Below, piece after piece: positions 35,091 to 45,727 of a stretch of DNA of 64,000 bases (position 1 is the stretch's first letter; each line of letters starts with the position of its first letter). Under the pieces are notes generated by a model. It saw only the letters and a program-made list of their open reading frames with translations, had not been told where the DNA came from and searched no databases. The translations under genes and the position numbers were made by a program. Source of the DNA: Schizochytrium sp. TIO01 (Eukaryota > Protista > Bigyra: Labyrinthulomycetes); contig SMSO01000025.1 of the NCBI GenBank assembly GCA_004764695.1, forward strand, positions 4,442,862 through 4,506,861. The letters are read 5' to 3'.

Positions 35091-36704
35091 TGTCTCCCGT
35101 TCCCGAAACCAACTTGGGCCTCTGACTTTTCTGAAACCTCAGCTGGACGTGTGCCGACTCGGCAACAGTAGATATTTGGTATTTGCTGCCATTGCGAGCA
35201 CGATGATCTTACGCTGGGACCAGGTTAGACTATCCCATATAGAGCTCCTAGGAACTATCTAGCGAGTATCTCAAAAAGAAGCCCGGACTAGGTCAGATGC
35301 TTATTAATATTGTCGCAGGAAGGGAGTGATAGGCTCTCAAATAAACATCCCTCCAGCAGGGACCTGGACGGAATGTTACAGCACCAGTTCGCCTGAAGTT
35401 TTATCTTTTGAAGATCAGTGCTGAGAATTCGATTGCACCGCCCACCCTCTACGGACGCTCGTACCTCTATTTAGACTTCCCATTAGCTACCACAACAACT
35501 CATTATTGGCCCTCAAGCCCAATTCTGGCAAACGACTTGATTTCTTCAAGCTTTGTACCCAGGTAGGTACCCAATAGCAGCAGTCAATCCTAGCCTTCCT
35601 GCTCAACTGCTTTCACACAAGGTATATTCCCAGAACGCGGCCTCTCAAGTACTCGGCCAAACCACAAGTTTTGCTCGAGCTTCTTCTCAAACAGTTCAAC
35701 ACTTTCCAGCTTTCATAACCGAGGAGTTAAAAAGAGCCCTCAACGGTGACTTGTGCCAAGCTATATCTATACGCGCAGGGCTGTTCGCCTCATCTTCCTC
35801 CACAATGTCAACCATCACAAAGCACCCATCGCTTAAGGCTTGAGAGGGTTCTCATCAGAAGGGCCAAATAACGCGAAGAAAGGATGAAAATAGTTTGAAG
35901 CCAACTGCGATCTGCAATTGTGCGAAAGTCATGATTGACGGGGGCAGTGAAGAACTCCCCCATATTGACACTATTTGCTATCATAAATATAAAACATAAA
36001 AATAGTCATTCACGCTGACCAATGCGACCATTAGATACGTATTCAGGTTGTACCTAGGTAGGCAGTAAATATTCTGCCGTTTGCGAAAACTAATTTTAGT
36101 GACATTGTGGGACAATTTCGTGAATCCCAAACATTAATCCGAGCTATGCGAACTTCAATTTTGAGAAGTTTTATTTTAACTTTATCTACAGCAAGATGAG
36201 AAAGCGTTAATACCTGGCTAGCCCTCGATAAAGTCTTTCACTTTCGTAATTATTTATTTTGTGACAGCACTAATAAAATAAAAGCATCTTCAAGATTTGC
36301 CAAAGCAAGTTAGAGTTAAGATTCAAATTGCTAGTTCGATTTTGTTTGGTACCTTTACGTTTCGCAATAATTCAAACCGCTCTGTTCTTATGGGAATTTC
36401 CTTTTAAACCCAAGTTTACTATTTCATCTATCCTTAGTTACAGTTTAGCCTGTCAGGAGTATCTCGAATCCTGCTATTTAGTTGATGATTTCCGCAAAAA
36501 AAGCAATAGACCATCAATTTTTGCTCTGCGGTAACGATCCCTTTGAATAATGTGAATTGAGATAGAAGCATCACCTACGTTTATTTAGACCTACTTTCCT
36601 TAATTGCAAGAGTACAAGTGTTCTCTACTTCTCTGATAGTTTTTGAAAGAATGCGGCGCGCTTGGTGAAGATCTCAACATATCTAAAAGTCCCAGTAAAA
36701 TCAC

Positions 36705-38297
36705 TTATGGAAAAAGGTTTTGTAATTCTAGTCGATTGTGCTTTTTAAGTTGCAGTCCTAGTGCAACCGAGCATGCTAAACTAAAGAAAGTCACACTAAG
36801 AAAGAAAATGTATGTGCTAATGCTCTTGATTTCGGTGCTGTCAAAGTTGGTGAGAGGCGATTTCTCGTAGATTGCAGTCTGTATAAGACCTAACAAGAAA
36901 GGCCCGGGGCTAGTGACTGAATAAGCAATTGCAAGGTTGACACTATTGTCTGCAACACCTCCAGGAAAGCTTGCAGTGGCAATGACAGCCATGCAGCTGA
37001 CGATACCTCCAAAACCAAAGCCAACAAAAGCACTTGAGAGGTAAGCCCCGGCTAAAGTAGGGTAAGCTACGTAAATAATCAATCCAAAGAATAGCATCAC
37101 GTTCCAGATTGTATTGATATGCGGCCAATTAAAGTGAGCATAGAGTACAGTCACAACAATACGAGCCACAATTACCATAGTCAGGAAGGTCATAGTCAAA
37201 TTAAATGTGACTTTGTCTGCTGCTAGTTCGCTCTCTACCAAATCTGTTGCCAGATTTCCCAGGGAGTTGAGAAATATCGAACCAATTCCGTAGGCAAAGA
37301 ATGCAGACACAGTTGTGAGCCAAACAACAGGACTCTTTATGTAGTCCTGTCGTGTTGGGCGTCGTTCTGCAAGTACAGGGGCTTGCTGTACCTGGGATGG
37401 GGCCGTCGCATACTCGGTTTCTGAATCTACAGTTTCAAGGTCTTCGTGTGCAATCGTAGAATTTGCCTCTGCACCCCCCACAGGGTTGTCTACAAGAGCA
37501 AGGTCTCCAAGCTCGCTACTCGCTTGTCGTTGGCTCTTATAGTCGTCGACTAGGTCTGTGAGGTTCGCTTGAGCCGCCCCTGATCTTCCAGGTGAAGGTA
37601 ATACCACAGGTCCTGCTGTAACTGATGGCATGTTGATCTCAGGAAGTTCGAGAGTTGGTATATCATCATAGCGATCACGGCGCATGTACTTAATGCGAAG
37701 AACTGCAGTCGGTACATAGATTCCTAAGATGGCCACATAGTTGTTTAACAAGCTCAGTTTTGACAAACCGTAATAGAATATAATAACAAAGATGCCACTG
37801 CCGAGACCCGTCGCGAATGTCATAATGGCTACAGCTTTACGTCGAAGAGCCTTATCACTAGCAAACATGTAGTTCAAGATAGATAGGCATTGATAGTAAG
37901 TGACTGCCAACGAAGAACTCCAGATGAGATAGCAAATACAAATCACTGCAGTTGGAACCACTACACCTGTTTTCTCTGTGTAATTTGCAGCAAAAATCAG
38001 CATACCTAACGCAAGGATAACTGCAGCCGTAGTGATGATATTCACAAAACGATCTTTTGCAGAAGGTCTCATATTCCTGAAGTTACTCATGTAGAATCTT
38101 GCAAATGGATAGGAAATTATTCCATACCCAAGTTGCATCATAACACCAACAAAAACGACGTCTGAGCTCCCAAGGCCTGAGTCGTACAGCTTTGGGGTAA
38201 GCATAGGGAAAGCATATGTTACTCCATTAAAAGCACATGCGATCGCACTTGCTGTAAAGCATGCATATGCATCGAAAGAGCTCCTTGTTTGTGACAT
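36705..38297 (-). CDS. MFS transporter, array copy 5 (C-terminal tail truncated by a small insertion)
   Basis: 530 aa; the TM core is intact and the stop codon lies inside a 22-bp insertion. Confidence 0.85.
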   Translation of the reverse strand: MSQTRSSFDAYACFTASAIACAFNGVTYAFPMLTPKLYDSGLGSSDVVFVGVMMQLGYGIISYPFARFYMSNFRNMRPSAKDRFVNIITTAAVILALGMLIFAANYTEKTGVVVPTAVICICYLIWSSSLAVTYYQCLSILNYMFASDKALRRKAVAIMTFATGLGSGIFVIIFYYGLSKLSLLNNYVAILGIYVPTAVLRIKYMRRDRYDDIPTLELPEINMPSVTAGPVVLPSPGRSGAAQANLTDLVDDYKSQRQASSELGDLALVDNPVGGAEANSTIAHEDLETVDSETEYATAPSQVQQAPVLAERRPTRQDYIKSPVVWLTTVSAFFAYGIGSIFLNSLGNLATDLVESELAADKVTFNLTMTFLTMVIVARIVVTVLYAHFNWPHINTIWNVMLFFGLIIYVAYPTLAGAYLSSAFVGFGFGGIVSCMAVIATASFPGGVADNSVNLAIAYSVTSPGPFLLGLIQTAIYEKSPLTNFDSTEIKSISTYIFFLSVTFFSLACSVALGLQLKKHNRLELQNLFP

Positions 38298-39905
38298 GCT
38301 CTTTGGAATGCTATCAAGTCCTTCACAGTTAACAGCAAACCTTTGTAAAAGAATTGCAGGGCAGCCCTGGCCCCCTGAGACGTCTGCTCACGTTCGGATG
38401 CTATCAAACGATATTTTCAAAATGTACGACTCAAGTGTAGAAGCCCCTGACCTCGATCAGGTTTTGCGTGCAGTTTTTGACAAAATCATAGTACTATCAG
38501 CAACTAATAGGTAACAAATTTTCAAGCTCCCCAGTTCGGCTAATTACTATCCCCACTAAACCATTGAACTAAGAGAATATCTTAGAATACGTGGATATTT
38601 CTTTTAGCCTCTTCGTGCAAGTTGACGTCATTGCTTCTATGCAATCCCGAGGCTGCAGGAAAAGGTTCACTCAAAGATTGCAATTCAATTAAATCATCCT
38701 TCTAGACTACAGACTAGTTTCTACAAACACATTATGCGATTAAAGTGAGTTCCTACGATTCCACTCAGATACGAAAATTCTTTCTTGTGGCGATGAAAAC
38801 TCTTTTTAAAAAAAGGGGACAACAACTCCAATGCTGCAGGATACGGAATGCAAACTATTCTGGAAAACTGATTGTTGTCCACTGAGTGCTTGAAGCCAAA
38901 GACGATGAACTTCCTTCAATATGTCAACTCCAACCACAGCGAGTAATTGTTTTGGCTTGAGTTTTTACTCAAGCTGAGAGGTCTCTACTTGATACCTCAG
39001 ACGTGTGCAATAGTGGTAGTAGGCGCCCTACCTATCCATATTAGATACCGCTGGTCTTGTAATAAATAATCAGAACCAAAGTCGTTTGGCGAAGCTTCCA
39101 AATGATGGAGGTCAGAAACTAAGTTGTTGTACGCCCATATTGTATAGTAAACAACTAGAGGCACCTAGTACCCTGAAGGAATCTGAATGTTTGAGTAAAT
39201 CCTCTGCGCAAACATGAGTTTGTGCCCTTTATTAACTTAACAAACAATAACGACGCGGCTCTGATCAATGAGAGCGTCCTATTAAGCACCTATAGAGTTA
39301 GTTATTTCTCTGTTAGTGCTTAGCTAGAAAGTACCTACTACCAGTTAGAGGTCTCGAACATTGTCGTGGCGGCGGGAAAGAAGGTTTCCGAAATGTGCGG
39401 ATCTTGACTGTTCGCCTCGCGTGTGAAACTTCCAAAGGTATGAAACCGAAGATCTTACTCATTCCGGCAAGATTACGTGCTGCAGGGACTACACGCTGAC
39501 CTGACGCTAGATTAAAGCTTGGGCGAATCATTTGGATGTACCTAGTTGAACATTTCTTGACTTTCTTTTCCAAATCATAGCAAGGCCAGTTGTATTCAAG
39601 AATGACTCCAACAAAAAAATGACATCTTCCTTGTTTAAATGCGCTTTTGACCTGGTCCTGCAGAATGTTGCTGTTAAGCGATACAGAGAATGAGGGACTA
39701 CACCTCAGGCTTAAACAAGATAGTCGTTCAGGATCGCGCTCTGTACTCGATAGACAGTAGGTCTTCTGAAAATAATTGAAGTCAAATTAACAAAGGTTAA
39801 TAATTATGCAAGGGGAGGTTTTCATTTCGTTTTCTATGTTGCTGTGACGGTAAAATTGATAATAACTTAATCTTCAATATCTTCACCTTTCGATTTTTCT
39901 GTCTC

Positions 39906-41486
39906 TCAATGAGTGGATCGTTTGAGAATGAATCCCAGAGCAACCGAGCACACAAACGCAAAAGCCACAAGACTAAGGAAGTATATGTATGTGCTTGGGC
40001 TCTTGATTTCAACGACATCTTCATCGTTAAGAGGCGAATGTTTATAAATTGCTATTGCAATGAGACTGAGCAGAATTGGCCCAAGACTAGAAACAGAAAA
40101 GCCAATCGCCAAGTTCATGCTACCATCAATCACGCCACCAGGAAAACTCGTTGTAGCTAAAACGGCCAAACAGCTAAGTACTCCACCGAAGCCAAGCCCA
40201 ATTAGGGCAGTACCTATAAAGGCGCCAGCGACAACAGGATAGGCAATGTAAATGATGAGACCAGTCAGTAGAATAAAATTCCACATGGAATTTAAATGTG
40301 ACCAATTCACGTAAGTGTAAATGACAGTAGTAGAAAATCGCGATAGGATAATTGCACACAACAGTGTAACTGTAAATTGAAAAGTTAATTTGTCGATTTG
40401 ATCCTCATCCTCTTCAAAGTAGCCTGCAAGAGTTCCCAGGGAATTGAGGAATATTGCCCCAACACCGTATGAAAGAAATGCACTGACTGAGAGGAGCCAA
40501 ACGATTGGGCTCGTAAAGTACTCGTAAAAAGTTACGCGCCTTTGTGTATTGCCCGAGTCTGTATCGGACGTGTCATCATCCCCAACTTCTCCATCAACTA
40601 CATTGCTATATCTGGGATCAGCTTCTTTGGCTTCAGCCTTGCTTTTAACAAGCTTCGGATCGGCATCTGCTTGGTCTTCATCATGCGTGGAAGAGCCAAT
40701 ATCATTATTCTCAAAGATTCTCTTGCCAACTTCGGTGTCTGGCAACGATGGTGCGACAACTTTAAGAGCTGGCTCGGGTGCGCGTCTTCGTACCGTATAT
40801 ATCATCCTATAAAAAGCACAAAATGCAAATATGCCCCAGATGACCCCAAAGTTGTCAAGTAAGGAAAGAGGGTTGATTGCATAGTAGAAAAGAACCACAA
40901 AAAATAAGCTTCCAAGGCCGACTGAGAACGATAGAAAAGCCACAGCTTGTCGCCTTGTCGCCGCTCTGTCGGCAAAGATCTCGTTGGCAATCGTAAGACT
41001 TTGATAAAAGGAAATACCTAGGCCTGAACTCCAAAGCAAGCAACCAATGCAAACTAGTGCAACAGAAATGGGTTCACCGTTCTTTTCTGCTTGAGCGGAT
41101 GCTCGAGTAAGCATACCAAGCCCAATGCATACAATTATAGTGCTTGCAACATTAACCAAGCGATCCATCGCGAGAGGTCCAAGGTTCATAAATCCACTCG
41201 TGTAGAATGCTGCAAACGGGTACGAGATTAGACCAAAGCCAAGTTGAATGAGAACGCCAGGTACAACAACATTGGAGTTTGACAGACCTAAATCTTGAAA
41301 CTTGGTTGTAAGCATGGGGAACGCATACGCAATGCCATTGTAGGTGCAAGTTATTACACATCCAAAGTATGTAGCACCCCGGTCAAAGCGTTTGCCATGA
41401 TTGCGAAGCGTTTTCAGGGGCATGGTTGTTAAACCTTTGTACAAAGGAAAGTATATTGCAATTTTGGTATTGGTTCCCGTGAACAT
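39906..41486 (-). CDS. MFS transporter, array copy 6 (premature stop after the last TM)
   Basis: 526 aa, alternative start at 41423. Ends KRSTH* where paralogues continue KLE. Confidence 0.85.
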   Translation of the reverse strand: MFTGTNTKIAIYFPLYKGLTTMPLKTLRNHGKRFDRGATYFGCVITCTYNGIAYAFPMLTTKFQDLGLSNSNVVVPGVLIQLGFGLISYPFAAFYTSGFMNLGPLAMDRLVNVASTIIVCIGLGMLTRASAQAEKNGEPISVALVCIGCLLWSSGLGISFYQSLTIANEIFADRAATRRQAVAFLSFSVGLGSLFFVVLFYYAINPLSLLDNFGVIWGIFAFCAFYRMIYTVRRRAPEPALKVVAPSLPDTEVGKRIFENNDIGSSTHDEDQADADPKLVKSKAEAKEADPRYSNVVDGEVGDDDTSDTDSGNTQRRVTFYEYFTSPIVWLLSVSAFLSYGVGAIFLNSLGTLAGYFEEDEDQIDKLTFQFTVTLLCAIILSRFSTTVIYTYVNWSHLNSMWNFILLTGLIIYIAYPVVAGAFIGTALIGLGFGGVLSCLAVLATTSFPGGVIDGSMNLAIGFSVSSLGPILLSLIAIAIYKHSPLNDEDVVEIKSPSTYIYFLSLVAFAFVCSVALGFILKRSTH

Positions 41487-42244
41487 TGCTTTGAGGTATG
41501 CAGCGTCACTTCTAAGCTAGTTTGTCATTACGAAGTGAAGTTTTGTAGCAAGTGAGAATATATTCTGATACTAGTTCTTTTCTACCAGTATAAGTGTGTC
41601 TCAGTGGAGGATTGTCTTACGGAAAAGTAATAGTTAAAGCAAACAGATCCCCACTAGGCTAGATTTATTTAGCAAAGCCACTCGGAAACCGGGCTAGAAA
41701 ATGACCCGCTTGAGTTTTCAGCCACCCGCATTCACCAATTTACTTTTGTGTCAATCTCAAAACTCAATACTTCAAGTCAAGATCATAGTATATTTATCTG
41801 CAATGGGTAACGAGTCACAGCCACCACTTCAATACACCTTCTTCAAACCATCAAAGTGCGACTCTCTCTGTCTACATACAGCAAAGACGCACATCTCTTC
41901 CCACCTGAAGTGATGGTGCACCTACACTAGTAGTAGGTACGTAGGTACCTTGAAAATGGATGCAGAAGAAACCTCGACATATGTCTATGCTCTCGGGCTA
42001 ACCTTGAAGAGTCCCCAATGCAAGCGGATATTATTCTCCATACAGCCGAGAAAGGAATGGTCAGCTACCTATGAGCCAGAAAGTGTGGAATATTCTGATG
42101 TTCAAAGTTATGCCAACTTCAAAGAGGACTTTTGTCTCATACCATTAATAACTATCGTTAATGCTAGCACTGCTAGCACGGCAAGCTAACTCGAAAGGAC
42201 TTCCAAGTCTATTGATAGTCACATGGGTAAATACTACCTCAATA

Positions 42245-43188
42245 TGGGGTTTAAGAAGCGAATAGCTGATTTAGTCCTGAGTGTTTTATTCTTTAGAAGG
42301 AGTGGTTGATTAAGCAATGTGTAGCAAAATGTTCACTGTGTAGTTTCAAAGGCAAATAATAAAGTAGCATTGATTAATACATTAATGTCTAGTGTAAACA
42401 GCTGAACAGCTCTGAATTATGTTATTTGTCTCCATGTTGGGAAACATTCCCTTACTTCTAGCTGTTATAGCGCCTCTCTTATTTAATTTGCTTTGATCGC
42501 CATATACATGTAAGGGCGGATATGCCGGTGTTCAATAAGTAAATAGCTGGTTCCTGAAGCTTTAAATAGCTGATAATTAGATCCAACTGGGGTTTACCCC
42601 ACAGTGTATTCCACAGCTGATGGATGGTTAACTTGCCATTAGTATGGAAACTTATCAGGTGACTTACCAGTTACCTTTTTGAAAGTAAATCTGGCAACTT
42701 ACCAGGGCACTCTATACCCGAGAGTGACAAAACCCTTCGGACATGTGCTAAAAGTCTCTAGTAAGTCTCTAGTGGTAAGTTGCTCTTGTATATCATATAA
42801 GGTTGAATTTACATAATATTATTTTTGGAAGAATCATGCGGCAATGTGTGCGATACTGTGGGATAAACCCCAGGTGAACTAATAATCAGCTATTTGCTTC
42901 TTAAACCCCATTCAGAATTAATGACCAGCTAGTTTAAAGTCTTAAACCCCAGTGGGAACTAATAATCAGCTATTTTAGACTCTTAAACCCCACACGGAAC
43001 CAATTATCAGCTAACCCATTCTTAAACCCCATTCAGAATTAAATAGCATTTTAGACTCTTAAACCCCACACGGAACCAATTATCAGCTAACCCATTCTTA
43101 AACCCCATTCAGAATTAAATAGCATTTTAAAGTCTTAAACCCTAGGGGAACTAATCCATTCTTAAACCCCAGTGGGAACCTTAGTCCC
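42245..43188. mobile_element. Foldback/MITE-like element with modular inverted repeats
   Basis: 42564-42607 is an inverted repeat of 42853-42895, and 42245-42277 of 42876-42910. Inner IR GCAACTTACCA/TGGTAAGTTGC (about 42694-42704 and 42773-42783). The right arm is expanded into 9 tandem units. Confidence 0.55.
42864..43180 (+). repeat. Degenerate ~27-41 bp minisatellite, 9 units with core CTTAAACCCC
   Basis: TAAACCC cores at 42864, 42902, 42943, 42984, 43023, 43060, 43099, 43136 and 43163. Units 4-5 and 6-7 form a near-identical 76-bp dimer. Confidence 0.92.
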
Positions 43189-44101
43189 TGACTTTAGCGA
43201 TATCACTTATTCTATGATTGGATACCCAGAATCACCAGATAATACTATCAGTGATGATGACTATTGGGCTTATTTCGTGAATAAAAAAGCACTGTGGTCA
43301 AACTACACATATTCCATCAAAAATAACGGTGATTATGGGTTCAAGAGATATTCATTGGGCAAAAAGAGCTCATTCGGAGGCAAATGTATCTCAGTCCGCA
43401 AGAAACTACTCGCACTTGCGAAGAAGGATAGCACGAGTTTTGTATCTAACAAAAGCACTCAGCATTATTTTGCAGCAATTTGTTACATTGGTGCAGGCAA
43501 TGGAGCTGTTATTCAATTAGCCAATGCAAGTTTACCCAGTTATTTCAGATGTTGGTTGTGTGGTACCTTATATACATAGCTTGAAGGAGTGACCTTCTCG
43601 CCGAGTTATTAATATCTCTTTGAATTCAGCAGAACATCGCCGTGCTGTGGGGAGAATTAAAACTGTGTCGCATGCGTGGCCCTCCTGAATGCTGGTTTAC
43701 TCAATGTATCGAGCTCGGCCGTTGTGAGCAGAATCGTCGATTAGTAAGCAAACAGTGTTGAATGGATACTCTTATCCTCTGAGAACACTTCGCTTGCTTG
43801 AGTGCAAGAGTTGAAGCTGATCGGTTTGCGTTAGAACGGAGGAAATATTGATGTCTAAGATAGTAAACCTTTTCTAGACTTTAGCTACGTTACAATTTTA
43901 TTTTTTAAAAAATATTCATTTGATCTAACATACTCATTCGCGATTTCGTGGGAGAACTATTCATAAATCAATCCTTGGAGAGTAAATACCTCGACACCAA
44001 ATGACAATCGCAAAAGCTTGCGAGAAGTCTAAATAATCGAGTACTACTATCATGAATCCCAACATGACATAGATTGAAAAGAGGGGCCAGGTGCTAGGCA
44101 T

Positions 44102-45727
44102 CTAAACCTGCTGCAACGCAGACTTATCTTGGGAACTATCATCTTGCATGCTAGGCTCAGCATCGTAGCTTTGAGCAACATGAATGACTTGTTCGTCTCC
44201 TTGTGTAGCCTTCTCAGAGAGATTGTCAGCTTGAGTATCCTTAAGAACCTTTTCGTTCTCTAATATCGCTGTCTCCAGCTTCAAAGCACGATTTAAGTAA
44301 CACCCCAAAAGAACCGCACAGAACGTGCCAAAGGAAAGCACGCATAGGTAGTAAATATAGGTGCTTACACTTTTGATTTCTACAACACCTGCTTCATTCA
44401 AAGATGATGCATTGTAGATTGCGGTTCCAATCAATCCTAAGAGAATCGGCCCCGGGCTTGTTACTGAGAATGCAATTGCCAAGTTCATACTACCATCAGC
44501 CACGCCTCCTGGGAAACTAACGCTGGAAACAACAGCCATACAGCTAACAATGCCACCAAAACCAAATCCAATCAGGGCCGCTGCAAGAAATGCTCCGGCA
44601 AGGCTTTGAAAGGCTACATAAATAACCATGCCTGCCAAGACGGTGCAGTTCCACAGTGTGCTTACATGGGGCCAGTTCACGTATGAATAAATGAGAGTCG
44701 TCAAAAAGCGGGCAAGAATAATCATAGCGAGGAATGTCATGCTCAGCTGGAAAGTCAACTTGTCCATCATGTCTTCATCGTCTACAAAATAACCAGCCAA
44801 GTTTCCTAACGAATTAAGAAAGATGGATCCAATTCCATATGCAAGGACAGCACTTACAGACAAGAGCCAGACAATAGGGCTCGTGAAATAATCCTTGCGA
44901 GTTGCTCGGCGTTCTTCAGGAGGAATCTCTTGGGGCACTATAACTTCAGGTGCGATGCTGGATCCAGCACGAGCTTCAGTATCTGAAATATTAGTATTCT
45001 CCGGATCCTTTTTGTCTGATAAGCCCACCTTTGGAACAGATCCATGAACTGGTTCGGAGTCTTTAACGGCCTGGCTCGCTGGAATCGCTTGCGGTACCTC
45101 TTTTCGTACCATGAAAATTATACGAAAGACTGCACAACCGGCATAAATCGCCCAGATAACCACGACATTGTCCAACAAGGTCAGGGGGGTCATCGCATAA
45201 TAAAATAGCGCCACGAAGAAGCAACTCCCGATTCCAATTGAAAAGGAGAGAAATGCAACAGCTTTACGACGCAAAGCTTTGTTTTTGGCAAAAGTAATGT
45301 TCGCTATTGTCATGCCTTGATAGAATGAGATGCCCATACCCGAACTCCAGCAAAGACAACCAATACAGACCAAAGCCATAGATATCGGTTCATTTGTGGA
45401 TGCAGAAACAGACGCCGCACCTAACAGCATCGCAAGCCCGATGCAGACAATAATTGCGCTTACTATGCTTATCAAGCGATCAGTAGCCGCGAGACCCAGA
45501 TTAAAGAACCGCCTTGTGTAGAATTTTGCGAACGGATATGAGATCAAACCATAGCCTAACTGCAGCATCACGCCAGCAATCACAACATTGGAGCTTGATA
45601 AACCTGCACCTTGCAGCTTAGTAGTGAGCATCGGGAAAGCATAAACAATGCCATTATATGCGCAAGTCAACGCGCATGCAATATAAGACGCATGCTGATC
45701 GAACTTTCTCTTCACCTCAAACGGCAT
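44102..45727 (-). CDS. MFS transporter, array copy 7
   Basis: 541 aa, paralogous motifs, ATG start. Confidence 0.88.
   Translation of the reverse strand: MPFEVKRKFDQHASYIACALTCAYNGIVYAFPMLTTKLQGAGLSSSNVVIAGVMLQLGYGLISYPFAKFYTRRFFNLGLAATDRLISIVSAIIVCIGLAMLLGAASVSASTNEPISMALVCIGCLCWSSGMGISFYQGMTIANITFAKNKALRRKAVAFLSFSIGIGSCFFVALFYYAMTPLTLLDNVVVIWAIYAGCAVFRIIFMVRKEVPQAIPASQAVKDSEPVHGSVPKVGLSDKKDPENTNISDTEARAGSSIAPEVIVPQEIPPEERRATRKDYFTSPIVWLLSVSAVLAYGIGSIFLNSLGNLAGYFVDDEDMMDKLTFQLSMTFLAMIILARFLTTLIYSYVNWPHVSTLWNCTVLAGMVIYVAFQSLAGAFLAAALIGFGFGGIVSCMAVVSSVSFPGGVADGSMNLAIAFSVTSPGPILLGLIGTAIYNASSLNEAGVVEIKSVSTYIYYLCVLSFGTFCAVLLGCYLNRALKLETAILENEKVLKDTQADNLSEKATQGDEQVIHVAQSYDAEPSMQDDSSQDKSALQQV

Larger units (their letters stand above)
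41950..43830 (+). pseudogene. Coding-like remnant (41950-42225 and 43190-43830) apparently split by the foldback element
   Basis: ORFs 41950..42189 and 43172..43579 have protein-like composition, lie on the same strand and flank the element on both sides. Confidence 0.3.

Noticed and set aside
36682-36708. Tiny intron removing the copy 5 stop codon
   Set aside because: The donor would be ATAAGT rather than GT, and the 26-nt length breaks the frame. An insertion with duplication explains it better.
42864-43180. CRISPR array (regular repeats with variable intervening sequence)
   Set aside because: The conserved core is only ~10 bp, the would-be spacers are homologous or duplicated, there are no cas genes and the context is eukaryotic.
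42864-43180. True telomere or interstitial telomeric tract
   Set aside because: The TTAAACCCC cores are separated by about 20-30 bp rather than tandem.
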